Shown one piece after another: positions 60,177-64,000 of a stretch of DNA of 64,000 nt. The notes beneath the pieces are model-generated. The model was not told where the DNA came from. It saw nothing but the letters and a program-made list of their open reading frames with translations, and ran no database searches. Every line of letters begins with the position of its first letter. Position 1 is the stretch's first letter. The translations under genes were made by a program, and so were the position numbers. Where the stretch lies: assembly GCA_008632985.1 (NCBI GenBank), contig QPGO01000254.1, positions 1 through 64,000 on the forward strand, written 5' to 3'. Origin of the DNA: Psammoneis japonica. Lineage: Eukaryota.

Positions 60177-62911
60177 ATGGCGGAGCAATCATCCAATCAC
60201 GATGCTCTGCTTCATCACGAAGAACAACAAGATACTGCTTCATCATCCTCATCAAAACTCATGACAGCCTTCAAGGTGTTGGCCTCATCGGCACTTTTGC
60301 TGAGCGCCGCACGGACTTGGACGAATGCTGCTGAGGAACCCCGTCGTCGTTTGGCGGCTTCGTTTGAACCCGTTGGTGATAAGATGCCTTCGTACATGTC
60401 CAAGCTTCAAAAAGACCTAAAGGAACGCAAAAAGCTCATGGAGGAAACACCTAAGGAGGAGATCAAGTATTGGTTTGAGTATGCGGGCCCACTACAGGTG
60501 CGTTGAGCGTTATACAGCGGTTATTGAAAAATTGTATCTACAGTTTTGAAGAATTGATTGGGGAGGTCATTGGTCATTTCACGGGGGAAAGGAGGATCAC
60601 CCAAAAGCAAATTGCATAGTTCATCTGAAGACCAAAGTCACCCTTTGCTTGAAGAATACGTTCCATCAGAATCGCTATCTGATCCCCCCTCGTTGCTAGT
60701 AGTGTTGGCTCGTTTTGATTTTGTGAACATTCCAAGACTCACACTCGCGCTTTTCTGCTCACTCTCTGCAGGTGCGTTTTATCGAGAGGACTTTTTTGGG
60801 GAAAGGAGGATCACTGAAGGCAAATGCATGGCTTATCTGAAGATCAAAGTCACACCTTTTTGCTTGAAGAATATGTCTTCTATCAGTATCTGATCCCTCT
60901 TGTTGCTACTGTTGCCAGTGTTGGATTATCTGTTGTGAACTTTTGCAAGACTTACATAATCGCGCTCTTTTTCTCGTTCAATTCTTTGTAGAAATACTTT
61001 TATCGTTATTCCAAGTCTCGCGAAAAGGCGGATTACTTTGAAGGCCGCGATGATTCCGGCGTAACCTCTGCTCGTTTTGTAGAAGAGGCTGGTGGCGGTG
61101 AGGAACACGTGGAATTCTTTATGGACACTAGCGTACCCAAGGATGAGATTTCGACTCATGCGCGCTTGTTGGAGAATTGTTTGGCCATGGGCAGTCCGGC
61201 CCGACCCAACACGGGATCCGGCACGTTGTGGAATGATTGGTTTGGAAAGAAACAGGCCCCCGACGGCAGTGCCGATCGTTGCCGTGTCTTGTTTTCGCTC
61301 AACACGGTGGGTGCCGGCCGCGGTACCACCATGCTGTGGGAAACACAAACGCCCTCCACCAATGGACCCAAGCCGTGGATGTCGGAACAGGAAACGGCGT
61401 CGACTCATTTGGAACGCAATTTGCAAGAGATTGATGCCATGTGTGCTACCGGACAGATTGCCGCGCGTGTGCAAGTTTTGGTGTGTGAACCGATTCCTGC
61501 CAAGTGGACGGAATGGATGGACTCGATGCTTCCCAATTGCGGAGGCAAGGCGAACGGTGTTGCCAATACCATGGGTGCCGACATGAAGGTGGAGGAGCGA
61601 CCCAGTCCGGTGCAAGTTGTCGTTGTGGCGAGTGCTTCCACTGCGGATACCTGTCATGATCTCAAGAGTGGGTTCATGGAGAAGCGCATGCAAGACATGG
61701 TGTTGGCTCCACCCATGCTGGGAGGAGAAAAGGGTGTCAAGAATGCCGACCCGGCGGTCAAGACGACTCATCCCGATTTGGTGAGCAGCGACGACCATGA
61801 TTTGTACGTGGCCTTCAAGTGGTCGTCCCTGGTGACGACCCGTGCCGTCCACTCGTTTCTTCAAGCGAGTGCCGATTTGGCTGCCGCTGCGGCTTCGCCC
61901 AATAACCAAAAGGCTGCTGGCGCTGAAAAGAATGCCGATGGTGTTACGGTGGCTGTTTCAAATGCTCCCGGAAGTCCCTTTTTGATTCCGTCGTTTGTGC
62001 GCGTGTCGTATGTGAGTGAGGAAAACACCAAGGTTGCCAAGTGGCGTATGCACGGTGACTTTTTCCATCCTGCGGCCTGGGAAGTGTGCAAGGATTCGTA
62101 CGACATGACTTGGATTCCTGATTCTCTTTCTGGAGCGGGGGGTGTCAATGGTATCTGCTACCCTCACGATGGTGAATCCGTGGTTGCTCGCAAGCTTGCC
62201 AGTGGAGAAGAATGCGGTCAATGGTGGGTCTACATGGCGGAGGAACAAGTTCCTACCTCGCCCGAGGTTTACGCCAGTCAAGTTACTCCACCTGTCGTTC
62301 AGGGCGGATCCAACTTTATCTGGATGGCTACCGAGAGACAGCGCCGTGAAATTGTCAAGAACATGATTTGCCGTCACGAAAATGGCGACAAGAGTGACAA
62401 GTGCGGCGAGAACCCACAGGCTGTCATGCCACTTGGTGATTTGGAGAGTTTCCTCATTAACTACACTCCCAACACGGGTCTTGGAAAGCAACACGTCAAG
62501 GACCGCCGACCTGGATACTCGCGTGCCGCCGAACGCGAGCTGGACCGCGAAAAGGTGCGCGAGCGCAAGCAACTCAAGGGTCAAGAAGACATTGAAAAGG
62601 CGCTCTTTGATTACACCATTTACCCCGCGGCTCTCTTCCACAAGGATGCCACGCTCAAGGCGGCTCGAGCACGGGATGCTGTCTTGACCAAGTCTGTCGA
62701 CAAGGACGCTGTGGGACCTCAGACGGTCAAGTCGAGTTATTATGATGTTACCATTACCAAGCCTCGCGAGGCCACTCTTGGTTGGTGTCAAATGATTGCC
62801 CGTCGGGGTCTGTGCACATTGTACGGAGACTACTTTAGAACGTCCAACGATGCCCGCTGTATGGAAGCCTGTGGTATGAAGAAGAACTGGACCAAATTTA
62901 ATAAGAAGTAA
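60177..62911 (+). CDS. Hypothetical type II membrane protein; exon 1 60177-60497, exon 2 60992-62911
   Basis: N-terminal hydrophobic anchor followed by RRRL; GT-AG splice joins YAGPLQ to KYFYRY in frame with the 600-aa ORF; strong codon bias. Confidence 0.8.
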
Positions 62912-63186
62912 GCCGGAGGTCCAGGATGTTGATTTAGAGCCATCGGGGACGAATGCCTGACAATGTGTTTTGCGCATTAAGAGATATAACCAGATTTAGT
63001 TGTTACAGAATGCTTCTCTAAATATGGTAGCGTTGGCAATGTGATCACTGACTGTGCAAAGTCGCTCGTCGCTGCTGCAATCAGTCTACTTTCCTGTAAC
63101 GCAAGAATAAGCGGTATTAATAGTACGACGAGGGAGGTATGAGGCGTACTCTAGAAGGCCAAAGCTAAACTCAATAACCAACAGCG

Positions 63187-64000
63187 TCACGACTTTCCTG
63201 TTGAAACACATTCAAACGATCGAAACAAGCCAGCCGAGTAGGCTTCCTCTTGCACAATGCTCAGCCCGGGTGTCTCTTCAATCATATGCGTTACATCCTG
63301 ATTGTACACACAGCCCTTTCCACCAGCCGCTGCGGCAGTCTCGGCTGTCAAATCTTGGTACCAACCCAAGACCTTGTTGGAGGACTTTGTGTTTTCCAGC
63401 AAAAGCACTCGTCCTGTTTCAAGGTGGATAGAGTAGGTGATGCGATGAATTGAACATACAGAGTTGCTCCACGGCAGCATAGCAACATATCATTTCGCTT
63501 ACCGTTTTCGGGTTTGACGACTAGACTCATTTGCTGTAATGCAGCCTTGGCTCCTTGCGTCCCCATGACACAGAGCGAAAAGGTATCAACCACGGTATCA
63601 AACGAGGCTTGACCAAACAAGTCGACAAGGTCACGGGTTGCGTCCGCCTGGAGCACTTGAATGTCAACACGTTGCAAATTGTTCAATGTCTTGATTCGTT
63701 CCTTGGCTTGCTCTAGCATTCCTTGTGAAATATCCACCAAAGTCAAGGATTCAATATTGTTGTTGTTGTAATAGTCTAGATTTAATCCCGTCCCGACACC
63801 AATTTCCAAGACGCGACCCGTAGCTTTGGAAAACAAGCTTGCTCGTGCCTCGTTGATCCCCAAGGCAGACGCGGCGGTGCCGCCATCCAATTCATTGTAC
63901 GTATTGGCATAGGAATCGTACGCATCCGAAGCTTGCTCTGGCGACAATGCAATGGCAGACTTTATATTTGAGTGGCAACGCTCGCACATGCCAATCCAGT
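63187..64000 (-). CDS. Class I SAM-dependent methyltransferase (5' end may lie outside the window; intron about 63424-63502)
   Basis: VLEIGVGTGLN, LVDISQGML, FDTVVDTFSLC, VKPENG-RVLLLE. Confidence 0.85.

Noticed and set aside
60560..60960. Intronic snoRNA pair
   Set aside because: CTGA motifs present but no convincing box C or terminal stems; intron duplication explains the similarity
60926..62977. Long antisense ORFs (327 and 339 aa)
   Set aside because: Shadow frames of a codon-biased plus-strand gene
1..64000. A gene for the mutator enzyme within the window
   Set aside because: I saw no deaminase HxE...PCxxC motif in the credible host genes; the responsible factor is probably encoded elsewhere

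Overview
Eukaryotic genomic window, most consistent with a diatom (short GT-AG introns, diatom-type LRR protein, CoDi-like Ty1/copia). Gene-rich stretches (about 1.8-19.9, 29.4-32.0 and 55.6-64 kb) carry an LRR membrane protein, ATG1 kinase, class 3 lipase, ankyrin protein, TCAIM-like protein, MORC-like ATPase, GNAT/acyl-synthase-like protein, a broken RING gene, COG2, a hypothetical membrane protein and a SAM methyltransferase. They alternate with transposon blocks (1-1.4, 20.0-29.3 and 32.4-55.3 kb). The largest block is nested: a full-length copia element (35745-55346) interrupted by a 398-bp MITE and by a 12.6-kb Plavaka-like DNA transposon. The main observation is that transposon DNA, but not host genes, has almost lost the TpA dinucleotide through A>G / T>C transitions (TA to TG or CA). 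Conserved Tyr residues become Cys or His, surviving TA sites are biased to YTAR, and element edges are less affected. This looks like a repeat-targeted adenine hypermutation process, analogous to fungal RIP but with a different chemistry, overlaid on ordinary CpG decay. All counts are by eye and family calls are from motif recognition; no searches were run.
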